Assembly (NCBI RefSeq): GCF_947568905.1
Contig: NC_079170.1
Location: forward strand, 83,638,001-83,702,000
Length of the DNA: 64,000 nt
From: Ostrea edulis
Taxonomy: Eukaryota
Direction of reading: 5' to 3'
Shown here: positions 14,401-25,597 of the stretch, piece after piece
Layout: every line of letters starts with the position of its first letter
Position numbering within the stretch: the first letter of the stretch is position 1
The notes under the pieces: generated by a model
The model's input: only the letters and a program-made list of their open reading frames with translations
What the model was told of the DNA's origin: nothing
The model's database searches: none
Program-made: the position numbers and the translations under genes

Positions 14401-17400
14401 ATAACGAACAATGATCAATCTCATAACTCCTACAAGCAATACAAAATAGATAGTTGGGAAAACACGGACCCCTGGACACACCAGAGGTGGGATCAGGTGC
14501 CTAGGAGGAGTAAGAATATGATGAAAAGAAAAAGTGATCAGAGAAATCAATGAACAATACTTTTGCCCGGACATCACATTAATTTTATTTAGTTGAAGTA
14601 TATTTAGTTGATAAGAATACTGGAATACATTCAGTCACCAACGAAATCATCAGCTATTGTCTTCGTGCTGTTGAATATAAGAAATACTGTGCTATTCACA
14701 GCAGTGATAAACGTTACTAATAGCTGAAATTATGTGCAATGACACTTTAATAATCAATCCAGAATGTTGATGCCAACACGAGAATCCATTAAGGATGGTA
14801 CTGGAGATACCTTATCTTACACGAGAACTTAATGCAAGGTGAAGATAACGAACAGTGATCAATTTCATAACTCCTACAAGCAATACAAAATAGATAGTTG
14901 GGCAAACACAGACCCCTGGACACATCAGAGGTGGGATCAGGTGCCTAGGAGGAGTAAGCATCCCCTGTTGACCGGTCACACCCGCCGTGAGCCCTATATC
15001 CTGATCAGGAAACGGATTTATCCGCAGTCAAAATCAGTGTGCCAAGAACGGCTTAACAATCTGTATGAAACACGTCAGACAGCATTTGACCCAATGTGAG
15101 GTTGTATTGACGAACTAGATCGTTATAACGACCATAGAATTTGCGAAATGCTGACTTCAATCGAGACTGTTGAATCCCTGTACCATCAACTCGATTTAAA
15201 AACTGACTATACCTAGAACAAGCTCTTGCATATCGAATCAATTGAGATATATAAACACCATATGCAGGTGATGATGGAATATTGTTACATAAATATGGGA
15301 AGTTGACGATGGAGAAGCTGAAATCATCCCGTTTGTCATACAGTTGAGTTGTCAGTTTGCCGTTAATTTCTACTTTCAATAAAATATTTAAGTATGAAGC
15401 AGAAGTGGACGACTCTGTGGTGTCCTTTATTTCGAGCTCACAGGGATATATCAAATCGACATATGAATGAAAGCTATCATTGTTAATAGACAAAACGTCA
15501 TCGATATATCTAAAAGTCGAATTGAAGGTCACAGCGAGAGATTTTTTCTTCTCACGTAGAAGTTTTTGAATAAATTCTGTTTCATATGAATATAAAAACA
15601 GGTCAGCTAACAAAGGAGCACAATTCGTGCCCATGGGAATTCCAACAGACTGTTGGAAGACCTGATCACCAAAGACCACGAAGATATTGTCAATGAGGAA
15701 CTCTAGCATATTTTTTATTTCAACTTCAGAGTACTTGTGCGTGGAATCAGAGTGGTGTTTAACAAAGTAAGTTTTTGAATGACTGATCACTAGATATGAA
15801 TATTTCCGTTTTCCGTTTTTGTTGAAGGAGCAACTGTCTATGATGTCAAAAAGTCTAGTCTTTAATTTATCGTGAGGAATGGTCGTGTATAGTGTTGAAA
15901 AGTCAAAGGTTTTAATAATAATAATAATATAATAATAAAAGTACACTTATATAGCGCCTTATCTAAAAATACTCTAAAGCGCTGTACAACATACTAAAAT
16001 TTACAATTGATAATTAAAAGAAAAACCATAGAATACACAACGAATAATTCTTACACATATAAGCTATAATGCTATTGATTTGGGAAAAATTCTGTGATTT
16101 CAAGTTTACTAAAAGTTCTTTAGAACTTTTTAGAATGCACATTTGATTAACACCACTTCTGGCATATGTAGTCGCACAGTAAGTTTGAAGTTTCTCCTTC
16201 ACAGCTGTTAACATTTTCGTGAGGAGCAAAGCTATGGCGAAATGACTCGTGAACGTCGAATCATGAGAATAACAGTTGAGCAAGTGTTTACATATAATTT
16301 AGGTATATGAATATGAAAACTAGTAATTTTAATTCGCGAGTGAATATTCTCGCAAAATTACGCGATAATAAATTATTCGTGTATATTTAGGAATTTGCGA
16401 CATCCTACATAGCATTAATTAATCAAATATGTAACTGCATTACATCAGAAATAAATGCAATCATATCATGCATGTATATAACAACCTTTTGGGATCTAAG
16501 TTGATCTGATATATTCGAACGCTTATCTGTGTCTTCTGAAAAAGTGATTTTTGGAATACCATAGTCCCACACTTTAATCCTCCGTATAACACGTAATACG
16601 GATCCGTTACGTAATCCTATAGAAAATACGGAGAGAAACATCATTTGTGTATGTAAGATAATACATGTAACTATATACAGATAACAACGGTATACTCTAC
16701 ATTACAAAGACACCAACACGACTGGGAAAATAAGAGATATAATTAAAGTCTAACCTTGAAAGGAGATTACGTTTGGTAAAATGCATGTGTCAGACGCTGA
16801 AAAAGAGAGAAACTTCGTTAAATTTTGATCTGTAAACTATTTTTGAATATTTTAAAACAACTTTTAAGTTTAGACTGCTAGTCAAGGATGATAAGATAAA
16901 GATACCAAACAGTTATCAATATCGTGAATCCTATACAGTCTACAAAATTCAGAGTAGGGCTAACACGAATACCTGATCATCCCAGAGGTTGGATCAAGTA
17001 TATAATAGAAGGATTAAGCATACCCTGTCATCTAGTCACACCCATCGTAAGATCTATGTCTTGATCGGACAAACAGAGCAATCCGTAGTCACAATCAGTG
17101 TGCACAGTACGGTCTCAATTAGTATGAAACATATCAGAGAGTATTTGACTAAATGACAGGTTGTATTGGTAAATCCGATCGTTATGACGTCTATAAAATT
17201 TGCAAAATTCTGAATTTAAACGAGAATGTTGAAACCACTGTACATAACATCAACTTATGGGTTAGTAGCCTTCCTCCATTTAAAATACTGACATATACAG
17301 AACACACTCTTGCGTATCCAATCATATATTACATCACATATTAGTCTGACGTGTTTCATACCAATTGTTAAGCCGTTCTTGGCACACTGAGTTTACCTGC

Positions 17401-18133
17401 GGATAACTACATTTACCTGATCAGGATATAGGGCTCACGGCGGGTGTGACCGGTCAACAGGGGATGCTTACTCCTCCTAGGCACCTGATCCCACCTCTGG
17501 TGTGTCCAGGGGCCCGTGTTTGCCGAACAATCTATTTTGTATTGCTTGTAGGAGTTATGAGATTGATCACTGTTCGTTATCTTTACCTTGCATTAGTGGG
17601 ATGAGATGTTTCTAATTGCGCAGGTACGGGCCACGCGCCGGAGGTACTCCGTGCATTGATCTAGAACCAAAAGTGAAAGTTAAGGTATGATAGTATACTC
17701 TACCTCCAAAAACACAGGCTTCGTGTATTTTACTGGCGATATCTGTTCCATCAATTGTTGCATCAACATAGTTAATGGTTTGTAATTCTCTCGGCATTTC
17801 TGTTTTCTCAAGTAAAACTGGAATCATGCTATTCTCGCACTGTTTATGTGAAGCCGTGATTCCATATAAAATTTCAGAACTGCACCACTGATTTTGTTTA
17901 AAACTTTCGGATACAAGATAGACAATTTTCATGCTTTTTTCGATACCATTTAGAATATTGTCCATCACTGTAACCCCAGGAGTGAAGTCTCTCACGTGAC
18001 ATAGACATTTCAGTTGATATTTTTCTTCTAACTCATTTAACAACGAGAGTGCAACTTCCTCATCCTCATGACAAAACGATAAAAATATCTGATAGTTTTT
18101 TCCGTATGGAAGTGGAATTGGTGTTATATCCAT
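11458..18133 (-). CDS. TIR-domain protein with two transmembrane helices and a Cys/His-rich C-terminal domain (403 aa, 7 exons)
   Basis: Exons 18133-17704, 16616-16486, 13961-13689, 12772-12680, 12550-12473, 11906-11853 and 11610-11458 join in frame (1212 nt). TIR motifs: YQIFLSFCHED, LKCLCHVRDFTPG, IEKSMKIVYLVSESF, WCSSEI, IPVLLE. There are two hydrophobic segments in exon 3, and the C-terminus carries CLCLRQ and RH..LHRKCICQY. Exon 2 has a weak donor (GTTGTT) and is the least certain. Confidence 0.8.
11968..12056 (-). mobile_element. tRNA-derived SINE head
   Basis: Degenerate A- and B-box on the minus strand, with no complete cloverleaf. A similar head is at ~30755-30820. Confidence 0.4.
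13110..13680 (-). mobile_element. Degenerate Naiad-like PLE 3' fragment in a TIR-gene intron
   Basis: KIDINGRLTTQQYDKRNDFSFSIF (ORF 13481-13663) plus the terminus. Confidence 0.75.
14832..16240 (-). mobile_element. 5'-truncated Penelope-like retroelement (Naiad-like), RT plus 3' terminus, interrupted
   Basis: RT motifs KTFDFSTLYTTIPH, QSVGIPMGTNCAPLLADLFLY and FRYIDDVL. The ORF ends HTDC* with no downstream GIY-YIG domain. A ~260-bp 3' end finishes ...TTATCTTCACCTTGCAT. It is split by an insertion at 15917-16066. Confidence 0.85.
15917..16066 (-). mobile_element. 5'-truncated LINE/SINE 3' tail with (ATT)n, nested in the PLE RT
   Basis: The minus strand reads TGTACAGCGCTTTAGAG...AAGGCGCTATATAAG...(ATT)n. 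It is flanked by TAAT at 15913-15916 and 16067-16070, and removing it restores QINSI-KTFDF. A related tail is at ~51055-51120. Confidence 0.65.
16880..17593. mobile_element. Two Naiad-like 3' fragments in inverted arrangement (old minus copy ~16880-17300, younger plus copy 17342-17593)
   Basis: Both match the family 3' region. The plus copy ends ...CTTTACCTTGCAT. Confidence 0.7.
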
Positions 18134-18333
18134 GGTAAATACTGGTTCAGGTTTACCTAGGACCCCTCTTCTAAACAATGTTTAAGGTACACACATTACC
18201 TTATGGAATAAATCCAATATATTACGTGGAATTATAAATAGAAGTGTTGGGTATCTGGAATTTCCAAGTTCTAATTCCGTATACCTTCCTATTGTGACTG
18301 GGAATTTTATAAAACTAAAACGGAGATTTGAAT
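18134..18333. promoter_or_regulatory. Putative bidirectional promoter with a kB-like site
   Basis: 200 bp separate two divergent ATGs. TGGAATTTCC sits at 18256-18265 and a degenerate GGGAATTTTA at 18300-18309. Confidence 0.45.
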
Positions 18334-21300
18334 ATGTTAGTCCTGAAAGTTATCCACACCTTAATGTTTGGAATATTTGCTTTCTTCTATACTGGAAATT
18401 GTGAGGTATGTAACCTAAACTTAAAGTCGATTAATTTGTATGTTAAACATGCATTCACTAATTATTTTTTTTCATATTGCATGGTCTTTATCATAAATAA
18501 TAGGATTTAGAAAAGATGACATACTGCGATCATTTCATTGCTTAGAGATAACAATCGTTTTTGTAGTTTGTTTTTTTACGCATTTCATATCTAAAAATAC
18601 TTGTCTTTATAATTGCATGTACCATTCTAAATTTAAATATCAGATTCCAAATAATTTTTAAATCTAAAATTAGCGCTTTTGAATTAACAAGAAGTTCACG
18701 GGTATGCATACATGTACATATATGAATATCTGGTTATTTAGCCCACTCTTACATGTAGATTCGAATGTACTATTACATCTTAAAGATATAGAACTCAAAA
18801 TACAGGGTATCCAGGTTAGCGGATGTACAAACAATAAACCAAATGATACAAAATTTTACTCTCTATTCTAACATATTCATACATAAACATGACCTTTGCA
18901 AATTTAAAGGTATCAATATCCTATATTTAAGGTAACGTATTGTTATTTCTTTTAAAGGTCTCGTCTAGTACATTTAAATGTAAGTTTCCAAAAGGAATTT
19001 TCAATGGAGTGTGTGTTTTCTGTCCAGCAGAAACATTATATGAATTGACATGGAATTTGGGATACAAATATTTGCCTCAATATTGGTATCAACCGGTAAC
19101 ACATTTAACTTTCCATTCCAATCACAATTGTGTTAGAACATGTTCTCAGGAGAAACCGTTCATATCCAGAAGACAGTGTGTATCAAACTGTCCAGGAAAA
19201 TCGAGTCAGACCGGGAATACAAAATACTGCAAAGAAGAAGGTCTGAATGATGGCTTCTGTGACGTCAACAACTGTCCACTCCCCAAATACAAATGCTATT
19301 ATATGCAATGTTTTAGAAAATGTCCAGCCTTTACTGTTGCCTACAATAATAGTTGCGTAATTGAGTGTTTCAATGATAAACCGTTCATTCTTCATAACAA
19401 CTGTGTACGGCAGTGTCGGGAGCAGGACGTGATTGAAAACGGAGTTTGTCGCAAGAACTGTTCGATCGATCACTTTTTGTCTGGCAGATATTGTGTTGAT
19501 AAATGTCCAGAAAACCAACCCTATATCGATGGCGAACGTTGCCTTTCAGAATGCCCACATTTTAAAAAGATTCAAGATAACAGATGTGTAAAAAGTTGTT
19601 CTCATGATCGTTTCCTTGCTGGGAGAGTTTGCTTTAAACGATGCCCCTCTGGACTCTATGAACACAAACATGGTTGTGTTGCATCTTGTCCCAACAATGT
19701 ATTATTGGAGAACCAAACATGTGTTTACAATTGTTCTAACGGGCTTCTTGTTTCGGATTCAAAATGTGTAGCAGCATGTCCATCTGGACATTTCGTCTAT
19801 GGATCTGAAAGCATATGTACAAAAACATGCGATGGTTTTACATTTTATAACAACAGCATGGCGTTTTGTTTACAAAAATGTCCTGAAGGAACAGCTCGAA
19901 GGAATCAAACTTGCGTGAATAGTTGCCCAAGAAGTCGACCATTCCTACATGCAGAATCATGTCTTACTAAATGTCCGAATTCATCTAGATATGTTTTAAG
20001 AAATATAGGTCCACTCGATAAGTTATTTTTCAGATGCACAGAAAGTTGTCCAAAATACGTCTCTTTGGTAAGCAACATGTGCATTGATTCTTGTTCCCTG
20101 GGTGAAGTATTATTCCGTAATATATGTCAATCACAATGTCCTTTGTCGGACCCTTACCCTGTCCATGTACCAGCAACAGACAGATATCATATAGATTTCA
20201 CAACATCATATGACATTCAAAAACCAATATCTGCGCTAGTGATGTGTGCTGAGGAATGTCCATTTAATTTTGTGTTGGATAATAATGAATGCTTTGCTGA
20301 CTGTCCAAATTCATCAAAAATCATGGTATATAATGAAACGTGTTTTAGCGAGTGTCCTTTCCATCATCCCTTCATCGTTTCAAACGGTACCAGGAAAACT
20401 TGTGTCAGTGAATGTGACAAACAACATTTTCAAATGCATTGTGTGAATAAATGTCCAGAACCGCATAGATTTCTGCTTAATAAGGAATGTGTCAACTGCA
20501 AAGAAAAAGGATTGTACGAAGATGGCAACACGTGTGTGGAAGCATGCGAGTTTCTTCATTACGACGATCGATGCTATTATGTTTGTCCCCAAGAAGTGCA
20601 ATTTGTTTTCAATGGAACTTGTTCCAGATCTTGCCCCGTAAGTCTACCCATGGTAGATGAACAGGTACATAAAGGACATATAGTTTCAGTATGTGTCCAC
20701 GGCTGTCCGAAAGATAAGTTTATTTTTGGAAACCACTGCGTATCCAGTTGCCCCCAAAACAAAAGATTTCCAATGAATAATAGATGTATGTCCTGTCAGG
20801 ACATTGGAAAATATGATGATGGATCTAAATGTGTAGATGTATGCCCCGAGTTACATCAAAACTTTCACTGCGTATATAGTTGCCCAGATTTAAAGGTTTA
20901 CAAAAATACATGTGTGCGGGATTGCCCAACCAGTGCACCTTTCACAACAGATCGGAATTACATAACGTATTGTGTTACACATTGCTCAGAGGGTTTATAT
21001 ATTTACAATGACAGGTGTGTGTCTTCTTGCCCATATGGAAGTAATGTTCTATCAAACAACACTTGCGTACAGAAATGTCCCCGAAATGCCCCATTCACAC
21101 AGAAATTAGGTGGTGTAACGCTAGAATGCTTGAAACGTTGCAAACAAAATCATTACCAACATGGTTTTACGTGTTTAGAACGATGTCCAGATGGATATTA
21201 TGTATATAAAAGTAAGTGTGTTCAAACCTGTCCACAGGACGCCCCTTATATGTACAATAAATCGTGTGTCAGTACATGTTGGTCCTTAAAGCTAGGAATG

Positions 21301-23925
21301 AATTGCTATGATAAATGCCCTTCAGGAAATTATCGATTTGAAGATAGGTGCGTTTTGAGTTGTCCACTTGGAGTCCCGTACAAATATCAAGGAGAATGTG
21401 TTCAGACCTGTCACAATTATACAATAAACATGAATTGTTATGATCAATGCCCTGCTGGATTAATAGGATATAAGAAAAAGTGCATCCTGGAATGTCCAAA
21501 AGAAGCAATGTTTTATCATAACGGTGAATGCCTATGTAAGTGTCCAAATGACACAATTGTAATCAAAACAACATGTTACGATTCTTGTCCAGGTGGAAAG
21601 TATGAATATCAACGGAAATGTATCGAAAAGTGTCCCAAACGTGCTCCATATATTGAAGAAAAAAAATGCGTACAGTCCTGTACAATCTTAACAGATGGAT
21701 TCCGCTGTTATGACCAATGTCCCAGTCGGAAATACAGTTTCCGAGGAAAGTGTGTCAATAAATGTCCTCCGGAGGCTGCTTTTATGAATGGAAAATCATG
21801 TGTAGCAGCATGCCCTCTTTACCATGATGGAAATTTATTTTGCATAAAGAAATGTCCACAAAATTATGTTCCACATGGAAAGGAATGTAAAGATGAATGC
21901 CCAAATGATTCACCATTTTACGCTTTCACATTTCTAAGCGAAAAACGATGCACGAAAAAATGTTCCGCGTTTGAGTTAGCAGCGGAGAACAAAAGTTGTA
22001 TCTTGCAGGACAAATGTTCTGGCTTTAGAGACGGTATGTGGTGTCTAAGCAAATGTCATTTGCACAATTTTATTCTTCGGTCTGAGGATAAAAAGTACTG
22101 TCATCCATTGGTACCCGTTTATATTGCCCTCATCATCTTAACTGTGGCAGTGATTATCAGCATAGCCTTTGGGATGAGAATTATATGTCACTGTTATCAT
22201 AATCGACAGGTAAGACACACTTATTATTTCTAATTTCCCTGTGGATGATAATTGAATGTATTTTTGCTTTTGTTGTTATTTACAAATATGAAGCTTGAGT
22301 TAATGATTATTTCCACAGATAAGTATCTTAAATTCTTTACCACTTACGAATGGTGGTAATTAAATTAATGTTGTTTATGAGACATAGTCATTTATTGTAA
22401 AATCGATTTACTGAGATATTTTATTGACGATAGACACTAACGGCAAACAAACAACTCGACTTTGTAATAAATGGGATGAGTTCATTCTCTCCTTCTTCAA
22501 CTTTCCATATTTATGTAGCAATATTCCATTATCACCAACGTATGGTGTATATATATCTCAACAGATTCGATACGCAAGAGATTGTTATGTGTATGATCAA
22601 TTCTAAATCGAGGAAGGCAACTGACAAAGCTGACGGTGTAGGGGTTTCAACAGTCTCCTTTAAAATCAATGTATCGCAAATTATATGGTCATTATAACAA
22701 TCTAGTTTGCCAATACAATTTATCATTGGCTCAAATGCTGTCTGCCGTGTTTTATACCGATTGTTTGGCAGTTTTTCGCACACTGATGTTGACTACGGAT
22801 GTCTCCGTTTCCCTGATTAAGATATAGGCTCAGGGCGGGTGTGACCGGTCGACAAGGGATGCTTACTCCTCCTAGACAACTGATCCCACCTCTGGTATAT
22901 CCAGGGGTCCGTACACGTGTTTGCCTAACACTAATTTGCATTCCTTATAGGAGTTATAAGATTGATCACTGTTTTTTGTCTTCTCCTTTCATTCAAAGGA
23001 TGAATTTGACTCCACTTTTTGACAATCTGTTTTTCCTTATAATAGCTCTAGCAAGTTTATTGTTATTTCGGATTTCAAACATTTCGGTTGAGCATCACTG
23101 AAGAGACATTATTTGTCGAAATGCGTATCTGGTGCATCAAAATTGGTATCATATAAGTTTTACATTACGACTCTTGGGTCCAGGCTTCTGCTGGTGGACT
23201 GTTAGTCCCCGGGGGTCTCTACAGCCCAGTAGCTAAGTACTTCGTTACTACCTTGAAAATACGGATGTATATTTAATTGCTGTGATAAAATTTAGAAATT
23301 CATTTCAAAACTAAGGATTATCTCCTTCATGCATAGCTCTTATCTTTAGACGAATTTGACTCCACTTTTTTAGCACTCTGTTTTGCCTACAAAAGCTCTA
23401 GCAAGTTTATTGTTATTTCGTATTTCAAACATTTCGGTAGAGCATCACTGAAGAGACATTATCTGTCGAAATGTGCATCTGGTGCATCAAAATTGGTACC
23501 GTATAAGTTTTAGATGTAGATATTTTTTTTCCACTTACACTCTGCACAAACTGGCATAAAGCGGGATCCCATTTAGAATGCAAGGTGAAGATAACGAACA
23601 GTGATCAATCTCATAACTATTTCTATTAATCTGAGGTAAAGGATACTCAGGAGACTGATTTGGTCTAATCTCAACACAGCTTAGTTCGAAAGTAGAGAGA
23701 GTTTAAAATATGCAATTGCTTGCACGAGCATATCCATATTAATTAGGAGTAATATGATATTTTTACATATTTATATGAATAAAATGTTGCTACTTTTGAA
23801 TGATTATTTCAGTTCCTTTATATAATCTTTTATATACTTTATTTCAGGTAGAGAATAAAGATAAATATCAAACGCTAGCAGATGAAAACAACGATAAATT
23901 CGATGAAGATATCGCCCTCATTTAA
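18334..23925 (+). CDS. Large furin-like cysteine-rich-repeat type I membrane protein (~1133 aa), no protease domain
   Basis: Signal-peptide exon 18334-18405 (MLVLKVIHTLMFGIFAFFYTGNCE|GTATGT). A 3252-nt exon 18958-22209 holds dozens of CxxxCP repeats and the TM segment VYIALIILTVAVIISIAFGM, ending CAG|GTAAGA. Probable last exon 23848-23925 (VENKDKYQTLADENNDKFDEDIALI*). All junctions are phase 0. Confidence 0.85.
22424..22990 (+). mobile_element. Degenerate Naiad-like PLE 3' fragment in an intron of the Cys-rich gene
   Basis: DTNGKQTTRLCNKWDEF...YGVYISQQIRYARDC plus the terminus. Confidence 0.75.
22997..23512 (+). ncRNA. Retrozyme copy, ~1.5 units, two hammerheads
   Basis: Same unit as at 39352. 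Hammerheads at 23092-23135 (stem III ATGCGTAT) and 23442-23485 (ATGTGCAT), 350 bp apart. Confidence 0.8.
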
Positions 23926-24308
23926 ACATCTACATTTCAATTTCCTCATCACATCTCTAAATTTGTCTCTATTTCTTTCTATCCGTTTGCTGATTGATAC
24001 TTTAAGTTACTCTCTGTGTATATACCGTTAAGGATTCTCAGTATCAAGCCAATTACAAAATAAATTGGCTTGTAAATACGCGTGTAGGTAGTTTATATCA
24101 TTTGCAAGAAGTAGATCATAGATCAATCAGTTTCAAGAAAGTGATATTAATAGTACTCTATGCATTTCTTTCCAATATTCATGTTGACTTCAATCATTCA
24201 GAAATTGATTATTCGCGCAACATTTTTGATAGTAATACTCCGAGGAAGAATATTTTGTAAGATTCTCTTTTTCGAAGTAAAATATATTTTAAAAAACTCT
24301 AAGCACTT

Positions 24309-24481
24309 TGTAGAAATATTTCGACCATCTTACCGGTGTTCAGTCGTGTTTATATGCCATAGCAACGTAACACAAGACTTCTTACACAAAAGTACTTTTG
24401 TGTACGTAGTCTTGCGTTACGTTGCTATGAGAGATAAACACGACTGAAGAAGACCGGTAAAACGGTCGAAATATTTCTACA
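24309..24481. repeat. Fold-back inverted repeat, ~70-bp arms
   Basis: TGTAGAAATATTTCGACC...GCAACGTAACACAAGACT / AGTCTTGCGTTACGTTGC...GGTCGAAATATTTCTACA. One arm recurs at ~46050-46135. Confidence 0.7.
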
Positions 24482-24483
24482 GT

Positions 24484-24486
<3 letters not shown>

Positions 24487-24556
<70 letters not shown>
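24487..24556. repeat. Compound (GA)n(GT)n microsatellite
   Basis: Seen directly. Other microsatellites: (GT)n plus a G-run at 10313-10343, and (GA)n at 46186-46226. Confidence 0.95.
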
Positions 24557-24561
<5 letters not shown>

Positions 24562-25597
24562 GTCCTTTTGAATTCCTTTAGTGTAAATCTTCTTCCTTCG
24601 AAAGCCATTCTCTGGTTGTCGTTTTTGTATTTCTATTATTTCCCTTTACCTGTTAAATCCTTCACAGTCCCATGTTTCTTATACTTTTGGTAGTTGTACC
24701 TACTCGTGTAAACCCCACTGTTATCAGCATATAAGAAAACGTGCATTTGATTTGTTCGTGGAGCTGTATACATATATTTACTTGTATTGTAAATCTTTAT
24801 ATATTTTGCTTTTGTCTATTATCAATATTGTTGTAATAATTCCATTGCATTGGTGTTAATAAATATATCATTAAACGAAATGTTTCTTTTAATCAGTACA
24901 TCATTTGAAAATACATTTCAAAAAATACAGAATCTTCAAACATCCTATTGAAATCGCAAAATGAATAATGGGGACTTTTGTTATCATTAATATCTTATCA
25001 TATCTAAACATATAGGAATTTCAGTAAAGTGAAATCGTATTATTGATCTAGAAAATAGAATTTTTGAACCAATTACTCGAATTGGTGAATCACATATATT
25101 CAAGATAAAGGGCATACGGGGGGTATGACCACTCAACAGGGGATGCTTACAACTCTTCTAAACGTGCCTGATCGCGTTTCTGGTGTATCTAGGGGACCAC
25201 CCTTGTTCCACTTTTGATGGGATTCATGACATTCATTTCAAATGGTGTTTATAAGGGTTTACTCACCGGAATCTGCCTCATCGGCTATATTCCCACTACT
25301 TTCCAAATGCGAGCAAAAATTGATCTTTAAAAAAAGATTCTTCTCACAAGCAGATGTCAATTGTGCAAATATAGCTGTCACATATCGATTTACAAAATAT
25401 TGGTATATGTTTGTTTGACTCTGCCACAGTCCCTTATGTTTCTTCTCCTCTTTGTTAATTTAGTCAGTTAATGCATACTCAAAACTTGGCACATTTAAGT
25501 TTCGTTGATTTATATAAGTTTGACACTGCTTTACACTTTGCTGTTTTTTCTGAATAATTTGTTATTTGTTATCAGTTACAAGATAAATCATTCCTAT

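Noticed and set aside
15053-15946. Selenocysteine-encoding Naiad
   Set aside because: This RT segment has no in-frame TGA and stops at TAA, and I recognised no SECIS.
17400-17560. HDV-like ribozyme in the PLE 3' end
   Set aside because: P1, P3, a CUCCUCC loop and a P4-like hairpin can be drawn, but there is no convincing P2 or J4/2 catalytic C. Not supported without a covariance search.
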